Of a DNA stretch of 64,000 nt, positions 47,755 to 60,464 are shown piece by piece; position 1 is the stretch's first letter; each line of letters starts with the position of its first letter. A program made the translations under genes and the position numbers. Source of the stretch: Narcine bancroftii (taxonomy: Eukaryota); assembly GCF_036971445.1 (NCBI RefSeq), contig NC_091473.1, positions 207,948,001 through 208,012,000 on the forward strand. The letters run 5' to 3'. The notes beneath the pieces were generated by a model, which did not search any database, was not told the origin of the DNA, and saw only the letters and a program-made list of their open reading frames with translations.

Positions 47755-50700
47755 GTAATAGATATTCACCAAGAGAAATGGTTACTTAAACAAACCTTGC
47801 TTTTAATTATTTTGAAACATGAAAATAGAAGAAAACTTTAACTTATCGCTATTGACTTACTTAACCTAACTTAACCCCCTTCTAATTCTAAGCGCACGTG
47901 TATGTAATGTGTGTGTAAGTTCTCTGGTTCTCAGTCCAATCTCACTTCTCATTCCTCCAAGTTCACTGATTGCAGGCAATTCTTATACTGTGCACAGAAT
48001 TTAACATTTATGAAGTTCACCAGGCTTTGGTGCTTGAAAGGTGAGGTTCTTGTCGGTTTTCAGAGAGACATTTGTTGTACGATGGACACCAGCCACCTCA
48101 GTGTCTCGCTGATGAAACTTATCCCCTGTGACAGTACAGGATACAATCACCAATGTATATTTTTCTATATTTTTACAGAAAGTGATTGGCTGAGAGCCGG
48201 AGCCACACCTACTGGCAGGTCATAAAGGGCTGCTCTGGACTGGTCGACCTCAATGTACTACGCTCCAGTCTTTTGTCAATAAAATCGTAGCGCGTCAAAT
48301 GACTCGAAGACTTGTTGACTCAAATCAAGGCTCATGGACCTTCTACCTCCCCAAACCCAGAAGGTACTCAAATGCTGCCTGGGTTTTTTTTTCTTATTAT
48401 GCTCAATGAGTCCCACAGTACCCTGACAAGGCACGGCCTAATTAAGTCCACCTCCTTCCCCTTGTCAGCGGAAGCCAGACTGTCTTTTGACCGCATCAAG
48501 TCGGATATCACCGTGGTCACTCTGTTCGCAGTAGACATATCCTTCCAGGTGGAGACCAATGCGTCTGACTTTGCATTGGCAGCCACCTTAAACTAGGCCG
48601 ATAAGCCTGTCACCTTCTTTTCTAGGACCCTGCAGGCCCAGAAAGCCAACACTAATCTGTTGAGCAAGAGGCCCAGGCCAGCAGAGAGGTCGTATGTTGT
48701 TGGAGATACTACCTCGCTGGCAGGCGCTTTACACTCCTGACCGACCAACGCGCAGTCTCATTTATATTTAGTGGCAGCAGCGGAGTAAGATCAAACATGA
48801 CAAGATTCCCAGATGGAGAATCAAACTCTCTATCTTCAACTACGACATTCAGCACAGGCCTGGCAAACTCAATGACCCGCTGACGTCCTTTCCCATGGGA
48901 CATGTGCCAGTGTACAACTGGACAGGCTGAATAGATCCACGAGGAGCTCTGTCTCCCAGAGGTCACCAGGTCTGCCCACTTTGTAAAGGCCCACAACCTG
49001 CCTTATATGGTCGAGGGGATCTACTCCATGACCCGAGCCTGCCCAGTATGCACTGAGTGCAAGCCCAATTTCTTCTGGCCCGAGAAGACCCAGGTCATTC
49101 AAACCACCCAGATCTTCGAACATCTCAGAGTGGACTTCAAAGGGCCCCTACTGTCGATGAACCGTAACACCTACATTCTCACAGTGATACATGAGTTCTC
49201 CTGCTTCCTGTTCGCTATTCCCTGCCCAGACGTGATTGCCTCTTCAGTCATAAATGCATTCCACAGCATCTTCGCCATTTTCGGGTACTCCAGTTACATC
49301 CATAGTGACTGGGGGGTCCGCGTTTATGAGTGCGGAGCTGAGGCAGTACCTCCTGGAGCATCGAGCAGGACCACGAGCTGCAACCCACATAGTAATGGAC
49401 AGGTCGAATGGGAGAATGCCACCGTCTGGAAAGCAGTCACGCTTTCCCTCTGGTCCAAAGGCAGAATGTCCTCCCAAATGCCCTACACTCCATCAGGTCC
49501 CTGTTATGCACTACCACCAACGCTACTCCGCACGAATGTATATTCTCGTTCCCGCGGAAGTCGGAACCGGGAACAACTGCACCAGCATGGCTGACGGTCC
49601 CTGAACCTGTCCTGCTGAGAACTCATGTCCGCTACTCGAAAACAACCCTCTAGTCCACCAGGTAACGCTGTAACATGTGAACCCGCACTATGCCTATATC
49701 GAGTACCCGGAAGGGCGGGAGGACACGGTTTGGATAAGGGACCTGACCCAAGCCAGGTCTAACATTGTCACGTTCCAACCCCAACCTCCATTCAATCCTC
49801 CCCTAGGTTACATGCAGGGACAGTGGGACCAGCAGCACCTCGCAGATGACAACGGCAGCAGATTGGACCAGTCCTCAGCCAACGACGTCTGTGTACTAGG
49901 CGAAACTGCACCCACACCCGGGGTCTCCAGCAATGATATTCTGCCAGCTACCCCGATCCCGGTGATCATGTGAACAATCAGGCCTCCCGACTGTTACAGC
50001 CCGTGAACACTGCATGATATACTTTCCACTTTTTCTTTTATTCACTCCGAGGTCAGTTCCTCAAGAAGGGGTGAATATGATAATACAGGATACTATCACC
50101 AATGTATATATTTACATATAGTAATAGTGATTGGCTGAGAGCCGGAGCCACGTCTACTGGCAGGTCATAAAGGGCTGCTCCTAACCAGACCCAGGTCAGT
50201 CTGGACTGGTCGACCTCAATGTACTACGCTCCAGTCTTTTGTTAATAAAAGCCTTGTTAATAAAGTCAACAAGTCTTTGAGTCATTCGATGGGCTACACC
50301 CCCTTCAGGTTTCTCCAGATGCCCAGTCACCTCACTGTCTCTCTGACAAAACTTGCCCCCTTCAGGGTTCTCCAAATGATAACGTCTTTCTTTCAGGTCA
50401 CCACAGAGTGCCTTTTCCTTTCTCTTCTTGCAAGTGGAACATTAGAGAGCCAGTCCTCTCCTCTTGTATGAACCACAAGGGCTTTGACCAGGCTAAATCA
50501 AGCACTTACAACCCATCTTTCACATGGGGTTTTCCACAAGCTTGCAAGCTTGTCCTGTTCCAGTCCCAGCTGCTGTTGCTGGGTGTAATACTGGAGAAGT
50601 AATCTTTGTCTCTCTCTCTTTCTGAGAGAAAGTCTGTTTTACTCTCTCTGCTTGCAAAACCACATGACCCACTTAGACCAGTAAGTTCTCTTCCAGACAG

Positions 50701-50933
50701 AAGGCGACCGACAAGATCTTTCATTTGTTGCATTTTTGTAAACAACAATCCATTCGTCAAGTCTCTTGGGCACTCTCTGAATCTCTTGCAAAGACTGTTG
50801 GCCCTGACATGTCTAGCAAATGGCAGAGCTCCAGTATTTTAAATAAGATCTGTTTTAAAGTGTTTGTATGTGACCTACTCAAACAAACCTTTCCCAATTT
50901 ATCTCCCAAAAACTATCTATATATTCTGTCACA
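47755..50933 (-). mobile_element. Long LTR-like element hosting the nested Gypsy at 48127-50298
   Basis: Sequence is continuous across the nested insertion (aaactt.tcccc/ccccttcagg); TGTGACA terminus on the minus strand; no TSD found. Confidence 0.4.
48127..50298 (+). mobile_element. Internally deleted Gypsy element (RNase H and integrase relics, two LTRs)
   Basis: LTRs from 48127 and at 50076-50298 share acaggatac.atcaccaatgtata and gattggctgagagccggagccac; PPT aagaaggggtgaa; cccc on both flanks; FQVETNASD, VDFKGPL. Confidence 0.85.
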
Positions 50934-51843
50934 CAGGGAACAACATCTTTGACTCCAAGTGAGCCGATTTTCACTGCAGAGGAGCTGCTTCTCAGAACCC
51001 TTTTTTCAGCACGAAATAAGTACAGTTCTGTTTCTTTCCAAATTAACCTGAACAACTTCAAAGTCAATTTCTTTCAAAATTTATTGTAGAAATAGAGGAC
51101 TGTTACCCACTGTAATTAGAGATTAGTCAGTTTGGCCAATGATTTGAGAATGTGGCTTCAATCAGCAGTGCCCTGATATGAAGAATTGCAAGGTGTTCAG
51201 CCCTGTCCTGCAGTCGTGACACCGAGACACAGTCACAGTGTCCAGTGCCCCAGGTAAGGTCACCATCAGAAAGCCTGGCAGTGTTGGGACTATTCCCCTT
51301 ATTGTTAGAGAATGCTGATCCTATTCCAATGGCTAATTATATTCACCTTTTGGCAGAATTTAAACAAACACTTTGCCAATTTCTGCACTTGACTGAATTC
51401 ACTGATTGGAATGAAAATGACACAGTTGTTGCTTTTGCTGCCAAGTGTTTCAACCAAACGCACAGGAGGAGACAGAGAACCAGTTGGATCCCTGTGTTCA
51501 GTCTCACCAACCTGCCGCAGGTTCAGGTTTGTGAAAGGGTTCGCCACCCTCCCCCATCCACCCGCATTATCTCCTGCCCGTCAGGCTCTGGATGAGAAGG
51601 AGGGCTTCCAGTTCCCAACAGGAGTCTGACCAGAAAAATGATCTGGTCCTGCAGTGGGTCAGTGGGCTGAGTGACAGTGAGCCAACATTGTTCACAAATA
51701 AATGGGCAAGGAATAGGGGGAGTGTGACTGGGGATTGCTCCTCCCTCTCTTTCAATCATTTTTATTGTTTTTTATAATAAATACACAACAATGAAGAGAA
51801 GGGAACAAAACTGAAAATACCTGTACACGATCACCTATCGAAA

Positions 51844-51845
<2 letters not shown>

Positions 51846-51892
<47 letters not shown>
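51846..51892. repeat. (TG)n microsatellite, about 23 units
   Basis: Direct observation. Confidence 0.98.
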
Positions 51893-51895
<3 letters not shown>

Positions 51896-52689
51896 GTCCA
51901 CGTGGCTTACAATGCCATCACCTTCTGCTGCTGGTAACCCTTTATATCCTTTCAGCCATGTCATGAATATGTCCATGATTGGTTACGGAAGCAACTGAGG
52001 TCATTACAGGACACTGCACATCATCATCTCCTGCTGGGTTCAGTTCCCACCCATCGTGTCTTCAGTCTTTCTCCTGTCCTTCTGCCACTCAGACTTCAGG
52101 CTGCAACATGTGGCAAACAGTTTCTCATGAGAAACATTTGCAAACGCCTCAGAAAACTCCTCTCAATAAATTCCTGTCTCAGATACTTTAATTGCCTCTT
52201 TAATAAGTTCATTGATGTTCCTAAGTTATGATGAGACCTACAAAAGATTAGTGCTGGATAACAATGAGGAGTGAGGTCTCATAGAGTGGGAATAAACCCA
52301 GTGAATCATGGGAAGGTTCCCCCTCTGTGAGCCTCATCCTGCTTTACTCTCACATTCTATTTTCCCTCTTTGATTCTTCCACACGCTATTTCTCTCTCAG
52401 TCAATTTTCTTCCCACTTCAATTTTTGCTTCTGTTTGCAATTTTCTCCGTCTCCATCTCCATTCTCCTGAGAAGAACAATGGAAAAAAGGAGCAAGAGTA
52501 AACTACCAAGCACTTCACGTCCACCCAGCCAGTCAACCTGAACATGGCTGATCCACTTTGACCTCAACTCCACTACTGTGCCAGTTACCCAAAGCCCTCA
52601 ATTCCTTGCTGGGTTTCAGAGGTACTTTTCCTTTCAGTGAGTTTAACTGTGCCATTGGAATGGAACAGCTTTCTGGTTTGGAAAACAAT

Positions 52690-53130
52690 TCTCTTGAGGC
52701 AAGGTTAGCAGAGCTGGGACTTTTGACTTTGGGGTGTAGAAGGATGAGAGGAGAATTGATAGAGGTCTACAAAATTATGAGAGGCAGAGATTGGGTGGAA
52801 AGCTAGCACCCGTTTCCCAGGACAGGATCAGGAAACCCCAGAGGACATATGTACAAAATTAAGGGAGGGAAGTTTAGGGGAGACATAAAGGGCAAGTGTT
52901 TTTTACACAGAGAGTTGTGGATGTCTGGAACACCTTGCCAGGGATGGTGGTAGAGACTGAAACATTAGGGACATTTAAAAGACTCTCAAGGCAAGGACAT
53001 GGATGAAAGGAAAATAGAAGGTTCTGGGGTAAGGAGGGTTTAGAACTTTTTTTTGGAAGGAATACATGAGTCGGCACAACATTGAGAGCTGAAGGACCTG
53101 TACTGTGTGGAATTGTTCGATGTTCTATGT
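52690..53130 (+). mobile_element. CR1 3' fragment
   Basis: RLAELGLLTLGCRRMRGELIEVYKIMRG. Confidence 0.8.
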
Positions 53131-53801
53131 TAACAGGTCCTGACATTGAAGAGTCCCTTTATTTTATTTCACATTTATACACATGGTGAGCATCAGCCAT
53201 GGATTCCTCAAACAATGAGGACCCCTGTTGGACACAGTTGTCACGTGTGGCTCAGTGGTTAGCAATGGCACCTCTTGGACTGAAGGTGATGGATTCTAAC
53301 CTCTATCTAGAATTAGGCTTTGAACAGAGGGGCTTTTTCAGATAAATCTCAATAATCTCATGACGAGCCCAAAAGAAGAAAATAAGAGCGTTCCCCAGGA
53401 CCCTGAGCCAATATTTATCACTAAACTAACAATTAAATACAGAAGATCCAACCGTATTCGATTGGTTATGTGAAGTCTTGCTTCAAGAACATTGTGACAA
53501 TTGGACTGGGAAAGTCGATGATCTGTCAGCTCACATTCTGTCACCCTGACAGTCACATGACACAATGATAATGGAGTTATCGACTCATAATCACAATCCA
53601 TCCCTGTCCATTAGTCTCCGGCGGGTCCAGGTATGGTGCAAGGCTACCCAATGATGGAAGGTTTTGCACATCATCGATCCAAAGACACCAATTTCTCCCA
53701 AAATGTGCATTTTCCACACAGCACATCCCACATCATTCATTTCCTGCCTCTCAAAGCCCATCAGCAAAGCACACGCAGAATCATGACATTTTCAAGTTAC
53801 A

Positions 53802-53807
53802 TTTATT
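53802..53807 (-). promoter_or_regulatory. AATAAA poly(A) signal of long secreted IgW
   Basis: AATAAA on the minus strand about 250 nt after the tailpiece stop. Confidence 0.7.
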
Positions 53808-54057
53808 GAACTTCCAAATGATACATGAACACATCCATTGATTTGACACATCTTGAGATCCCAGATCATGTTTCAATCTGATCAATGTCTGTAAAGCCAT
53901 ACAGATGCTGAGAAATTTGTGGCTAATGTAATCCTCGAGTCTCATTTTGTTCTCAATGGTTCAGAAATGTCCAGATCTTAATCATGATAGAAAGTAAAAT
54001 GATCTTCTTGGACAGTTAATTTTCATCAAACTAACAAAACCATTGAATCGTGAGGTA

Positions 54058-54443
54058 TTATGCACAAGAGGTAAAACTATCAGTGAGAACAAGTGAGACA
54101 TTGACCGAGGTGGGTTTGCTGTGAGATTTATTGATGCTTCTGAACAGATTAGTTGTGAGCGACTCATGTCCCACCACGCAGGAGAAAGTGGTGCCATGAT
54201 CCCACTCCTCTGGAGAAACCTTCAACTGACTGGTCATCATGTTCCAGCCACTTCTGGGGTCCTCGGTCACTGGCTGGTTCACGTAGCCAGTCTTCAGAAG
54301 GATGTCGTTGGCCATCCAGGCCACGTAGATGTCTGCAGGAGAGAACTTCTTGACTAGGCACATCAGGGTTGCAGACTGATCGCCCTCTAACTCTTCTGAT
54401 GAAGGGGGGAGGAGGAAGATGTGAGGAGAAGTCACAACTCCAC
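54058..54443 (-). CDS. IgW: IgW CH6 exon with contiguous secretory tailpiece
   Basis: Acceptor ttctgttcccag|GT; PHIFLLPPSSEEL...ATLMCLVKKFSPADIYVAW...FSCVVGHESL...SINKSHSKPTSVNVSLVLTDSFTSCA* (NVS sequon, penultimate Cys). Confidence 0.96.
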
Positions 54444-55537
54444 CTGGGAACAGAACGAACCTCAGTTAGGTTGCATCTTTCAATAATTCTGTGCTGAACC
54501 CACACATTGTGCTTTCAAACCAACATGGGCAACTTCTACATCTTGAGGGATTTCACTTTACCTGACACTGGAGCCTTTTCCCTTTCTACTCATTGTTGGG
54601 ATGTGCAGGGTGGAAGCCTTGACTCGGACACATTTTAAAGCTTCCAGAGAGGTTTGTCTGTTTCGTTTAATCAGTGGAAGCCACTGATCACAGAGACTCC
54701 ACAGAAAGTGGGTCAGACCATGGACTTGACTCATCCTGTGCTGTTTGGTCCATCTCCCCCTCTGCTTCAATGATCTGCTGAACTTCAGTCTGTGCCTCAG
54801 CCTCCCTGCCCTTCCACCCACTGCCTTGACTCAGTCTCTCCCTCAGGGTTTGAAAGCTGCAGATCCTTCTCCCTCGACATCATCACAGGAACTCACCCCG
54901 CAGCTGAGTTTGGTTTTGGATGAGGCTGCTGTGGTGATTTGGGGTCTTACTGGTTTTCTCTGGAGGCTTCAGTCTTCCTTTGCTCCTTAATATTCTCTGA
55001 CCAACATGAGAAGACCTTCTCCAAGGCAAAGAAGAATGTGGGGAGTCTCATGGAAACTATAACATTCTGAACTGATTGGACAGAATCGATACTGGAAGAA
55101 TGTTCCTGATGGCGGCAGAATCCAGGAACAAGGGTGACAAGCTGAAGATGGTGTGAGAGGAGGAATGATAAAAAGGAGAATGGTGAACCTAGGGAATTCT
55201 CTGCCACAAAGAGCAGTTGAAGCCCAGTGAGTAAATATATCCAAAGATGAGCTGGATATTGTTCCAAGGGTAAAAGTTCAAGGGGCATGGAGAGAAGTCA
55301 GGAATAGGGGGCGCAATTTGAATAATCTGCTTTGATCATATTGAATGGCTAAGCAGCAATGAAGGGTTGAATGGCCTACTTCTACTCTCTAATTTTCCCT
55401 GAGACAACCACACTGCTGAATGGTGACATATGCTTTGCTTCTGTACATTACACAATGTAAATGACAAAACCTCAGTATTTATTATCATTCCTCTACTTGC
55501 TTAGATCAGAATCACACCAAGCTCTCTCTTCACGTAC

Positions 55538-55858
55538 CTGTGGCCTTCTTAATGGACCTCTTCTCCGGTGTTGGCAAACTCTTGTCCTCCACCACGCACG
55601 AGTACTCAGTTCCTATCTCCCACTCCGCAGCGGGCACCGTCAGTCTGCTGATAATTATGTCTTCACCTCCGTTCCTATTTGGACCCTGAGTTCTCACCCC
55701 ATCTTTTCTCTCACTTCCATCCACTTGCCAGGTTACCCTGAATCCCTCTAAATCACCATGGACCACCTCACATAGAATGGTCGCCGTCCTGTTCATCCAG
55801 ATCTCTTCGAAGGAAGGTTTTCTTAAAGTGACTGAGGGGCTGGTATCTGAACAGTCAG
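55538..55858 (-). CDS. IgW: IgW CH5 exon (321 nt)
   Basis: Acceptor catttctcccag|CT, donor ACA G|gtacgt; ADCSDTSPSVTLRKPSFEEIWMNRTATILC...VTW...YSCVVEDKSLPTP. Confidence 0.94.
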
Positions 55859-56893
55859 CTGGGAGAAATGTCATAATTATTATTTTGTAGAGGCTCACTG
55901 GAGGCTTAATCGAACCAGCTCAAGAGGTTCCGAGTGATGTCATGATATTATTTGGAACGTACGGTGTTTTCAAAATCTGCGCGTGACTGTTTGAGTAAAA
56001 GACTTTTACTGAACTTCAACTGGACTATGTCTGATCATTTTCTCATTCTTCAATACACGCTGTAAACCAGTTGCTACAATTTCACCATTCCCCAAAGGAT
56101 AGGGCATCACTGGTGAGACCAACATTTCATATTCATCTCCAGCAAATCATTCGTTGGTCGCATCAGATCAGTCGAGACTTATCTACATTGATGGAGGAAT
56201 GAGATTTCCCCAATTGAGCAGACAGGGTAAACCCTTGTCAGGAATATCAATGAACAAATTTGTCTCTGATGTAAGTTGGACAGTTTCAAGGACACTTAAG
56301 CTGTTCCCAGCCACTTATTAAAACAAAAACAGAAAATTCCAAACAATTCAGGCTGCACCTGTGCAGAGGGAAGCAGAGCTAATATTTTAATTCAGAAATA
56401 TTCCAGCAATTTTCCTTGACATTTTTAAAATTCAAGCAGCATCAGAAATAGTTGATCTTTATTACAACTGTTAAAATGCATTTGGCCTCCATGAAGTGTA
56501 ACTGAAATCTCTTGCTGCTTTCTCAGAACGTTTTGTGTTCAAGCCGTCCTGCAGAGGCTTCCACATTGCCCAGGCTAACTCTTCCCATGCTGGAGCAGAG
56601 TGCTGTCCTGATGCAGATTCAGTCACGGCTGAGGCCATGACCAGAGGCCCAGATTACATTCAAAGACAGAAGGAGAGACCATTTGGAAGAGGGATATCCG
56701 GGATCTCCAGGGCACCTGGCCAGTGAAATAGTTTGTATTGTGCTCAAGTTATGAAAGCAATTATTTCTCTGGCCAAGATTCTGGAGGATCCGTTCAGTCA
56801 TCAAACCATAACAGGTCTGCACCATGTTTCTGTCTGGCACAGTTTATAGCAAAAAGCAAACAATGTCAACAATGGAGTGGGTCGGGACCTTAC

Positions 56894-57211
56894 CTTGGAG
56901 GTTCCTCGCTTCCTTTGTGATGCTGGTGTTGGAGGAGGGATGAGACACCGTGCAGCTGAAGATTGAGCCTGTCTTCCACTCCTGTGAACTCACCGTCAGG
57001 AAGTGGCTGGCACTGAAAGTCCCATCCTGCTCCAGAGCAGTCTGTGTCCTGCTGGTGTTGGAGGAGATCAGGGAGTGACCTTTCTTCCAGGTGACATCAA
57101 TGTGGTCTGGGTAGAATCCCGAGACCACACACTCGAGGGTAGCCACATTCCTATGCTTAGCCTCTTCGTATGGTGGAGGCAGCAGTCTGGCCACAGGAGG
57201 TTTTGTCTCAA
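56894..57211 (-). CDS. IgW: IgW CH4 exon (318 nt)
   Basis: Acceptor ttcttctgttccag|TT after an 85-nt intron, donor CAA G|gtaagg; ATLECVVSGFYPDHIDVTW...GTFSASHFLTV...FSCTVSHPSS. Confidence 0.95.
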
Positions 57212-57296
57212 CTGGAACAGAAGAACAAAGAAAACATTGGACTCTTTCTCACATCATCACTGATGTTTGTTATTTAATCAGTGATTTCTTACCCAC

Positions 57297-57596
57297 CTTT
57301 GGTGCTTTTTGTCCATGCTGAGACTGGTGAGGATAAATGATCTTGGGCAGAACACATGTACTCCATCCCGCTGGACCACTCCTCCACGCTGGTCTGGAGT
57401 CGGCTGATTATTGTGTTTTGGAACCCTTTCCTTCTGGGCTGTTGGGTCACAGCTGCATCACTTTTATCCTCTCCGTTCACCTCCCAGGAGATGTGGACTT
57501 TCTTCGGATCAGCAGAGATGACTGTGCACACCAGAGTAGCTGTTTTGTTGATCCATATCTCTTGAATGGAGGGATTTTGAATTGAGACAAACAATT
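57297..57596 (-). CDS. IgW: IgW CH3 exon (300 nt)
   Basis: Acceptor tttctgatccacag|AA, donor AAA G|gtgggt; ELFVSIQNPSIQEIWINKTATLVC...W...ISRLQTSVEEWSSGMEYMC. Confidence 0.93.
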
Positions 57597-59702
57597 CTGT
57601 GGATCAGAAAGAGGAGATGTCAGAATTGTAGTGGAAACTTTTCTCTTTGTGATGGAAAGTCAAAGCAGATCCAAGTGCATTGTGGCAGTGAACTGGAAAC
57701 AAGGTAACAGAAACTCGCAAGGGTGGAAAGGTGTGCTGCAAATGTTGGCTGGGAAAATAAACTCAGTATAAAGGACCTGCCAAATGGGTTTAATCGCCTT
57801 CCCCACAACTGTGACCACAAGGTTCAGAGCAGGGACTCGATGGGAGGTGAGAGGCTGAACAACATTTTGATGCTGCAAAGCCAGTCACAGGTTTGTGGGA
57901 AGCCAGAAGAGAGGGAAGTGGGCATATTTCTCATCAGAGACAATTCAATATCTTCTTCACATGGAGCCCCTGTGGAATGAGTTACCTCCACTGAGCATTG
58001 TGAATCAATGAGAATCCTTTTCTCTGGACTGAGGCTGGGATTCCCTCAGTTTGTATTCAGTTAATAAATGCATCCTGGAATAAAACACTCTCTTTGGTGG
58101 TGGGGATTATAAAGTATTTGTGCTGTTATAAAACCCATCTGGTCCACTGTTGTTCATCACCAGAAGAAATCTGTCATCTATACCTGGTCTGGTTGCATGT
58201 GACTCCAGACCTGCAGTTACATGGCCAAGCCCTGGTCCAGCAAAACCCTCAGTTCAAGAGCGATCAATGAGGGACATGAAATTGTGAATGAATATGATTC
58301 CTCTGTGACGGAGCTTTGGGGGCACCTGACATCTGGGTTTGAATCAGTTTTCTGTGAGTGTGCTCCAGTGAAGTGGTGCGGTGTTTTAATATTTGAAAAT
58401 AACTATTTGAAAGAAAGATGTGGACAACTTGCTCTCCAGCAACAACAGAGCAAACCATAAATCTGGAGAATAACAGAAATCTCCCTCATGCTGCACTTTG
58501 GGAAATTTTTGGAACAGATGTAGTTTCCCCGTTTCATTTTAGAATCGTTTGTTTCCTGTTTTCTGCAAAGCCACTGGTCTCCTCAAGCACCATCGTCCCA
58601 TCAGTTAAACTGCAGTTCACCATTTACACAATCAGTCACTTTGGTCCACGAGGGCTGTGTTTGCTTTCAAACACTTTTCAAGGAGGGTGATTATGTTTGT
58701 GTCAGGGTTGAAACCTTCACGACATTCAGCGTAAATTCCTCTATGGTATTTAGAGCAGATATAATGAACTCTGTGCCTGTCTGGCAGGACACATTTCATT
58801 TGATGACATATGATGTTATCTCTTGCTCAACCCATCTTTCTTTTAACAAGTGTTGAGCAATTTAAAAACATATGACAGGTACCTGGTGTTAGTCCAGATA
58901 AGATTTCTCGCAGTGTGTGGTCTGAAGTTTGTAAAGTGAGGTGTGTGGTGTCAGGGTTATTTCTTTCAGAATATTGGTTTAATCAGTACAGTGATGTTGT
59001 TGAACGTTTGTTTGTTGTTCAGTGCCATCCCATATCAATGACAAAATCCAATGCTCAGCCATCTCTGGTGAGAGGCAGTTCCCCCTCATAAGTCCTCACA
59101 ATGTCGAGATAGCTCTCCTTTTTGCAAAGTGCTGATATTATTCTATTAACCTTTGGGTGATTACACCCACACACTCCCCTCAGTGGCATTCCTTGTGATC
59201 ACTGAGTTTCTCTCTTGGACTGAGTTCAGTGTCCAGGAAGTGAGTGAACAAAATGCTTCCAATGTTTGCTGTCCATCCCTTTCACACCAAGCGCGTGAGT
59301 TTGGTCAGGTCACTGGTGGGGTCCTGTGGTTTGTCTCACTGATTTGTCACAGGCCCCTTTTCTTACAGGTTGTCACATTCTGTAACTGAGCCAAGGTGAC
59401 ATTTCACCCCTGTATATCTTCAGCACCTCCTCCCCAAGCCACTGGCTGAGATGTAGTTTCTGGTTCTTGCTGACCTGGAAAGAAGGTGGTGAAGGGAAGT
59501 GGGGCTGGGATCTGAATCACACTGAACCAGCAATGTCCACAAATGAATGAGTGTACATGTGAGGTGTGGAGTGGGGATGGGGCAGCTTGAATTGATGCCT
59601 TGTTCTCTGCTGCACTTTGATCTCAGTGGATATGGTGGGATAGATTTGAATCCAGAAAATGGATTGTAATAAAATTCACTGACGAATTCCACATGCAGCC
59701 AA

Positions 59703-59830
59703 TCACTTTATTTGACACTTTCCTTGTGAACAATGATACGGTCGGGTGGTACCATCAGAGAATGTCACATTGACATTAGTCTGCTGGAAGAATATCGGCA
59801 CACACGTCGAACAGCTGGGACAGTTTTTAT
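59703..59830 (-). CDS. IgW: Cys-rich secretory tail exon of the short (2-C-domain) IgW form
   Basis: Acceptor cttccattttcag|AT; phase-1 translation DKNCPSCSTCVPIFFQQTNVNVTFSDGTTRPYHCSQGKCQIK* (42 aa, 5 Cys, NVT sequon). Position and composition fit the known Cys-rich tail of short IgW/IgX. Confidence 0.88.
59707..59712 (-). promoter_or_regulatory. AATAAA poly(A) signal embedded in the last codons of the Cys-rich tail exon
   Basis: Minus strand CAA ATA AAG TGA contains AATAAA. Confidence 0.6.
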
Positions 59831-60464
59831 CTGAAAATGGAAGATGCATAGATTTAACCATTAGATATTCTCTCCTCTACTGGCTGCACTGAGAAAGGAA
59901 GTAGCTCCACACAGTCCCGACCTCTATTCTCTGCATTCACCATCTTTTAGGGATGAGATAATGAAAACCAATGATGACCTGTTGTCCCAAGTTCTAATCC
60001 CAGTGTTTCTGAGGGGTTGGCCAACAGAATAATAATCCATCTTTGTGAGTGGATGACGTGCCAGGGAGATTCCTGGGATACTGTGGAGATAGACTGTGGA
60101 GATTCATTCACTCGGCTGGAGCTATTTTTCCAGAAACTGAGACTGCAAAGTGAAAAGTGAAGGTGGAGATCTTCTCCACATGGTCTATCGGTTGGGACAC
60201 ATCTTGCTTGATGTCCCATTTCCCTTTCACTCCACACAGTAACCACAAGAATTATGTGGGAGTAAGTGCACAGGAGACTTAAACTTTCACTTTTGCTGTA
60301 CAACAGATTGGGTTAAAATTAGTGACTGAAAGGGTTGGATTGAAATGTAGAGGGAATAAATATCACACCTCACTCAACAGGACTCCCATCGGGGACATGA
60401 ATTGAGTGGAGGTCAGCTAGTTGAATACTGTAAGTAAATTAATTCTCCTTCAGACACCACTCAC

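Noticed and set aside
51346-51626. AG...GT-bounded segment starting DSCWELE, a possible extra exon after the tailpiece
   Set aside because: Stop after 19 codons, with no Ig-fold or TM signature and no alignment to the other exons.
60439-60464. CH2 read-through peptide GEWCLKEN* as the short secretory tail
   Set aside because: The donor gtgagt is strong, and a proper Cys-rich tail exon exists at 59703-59830.
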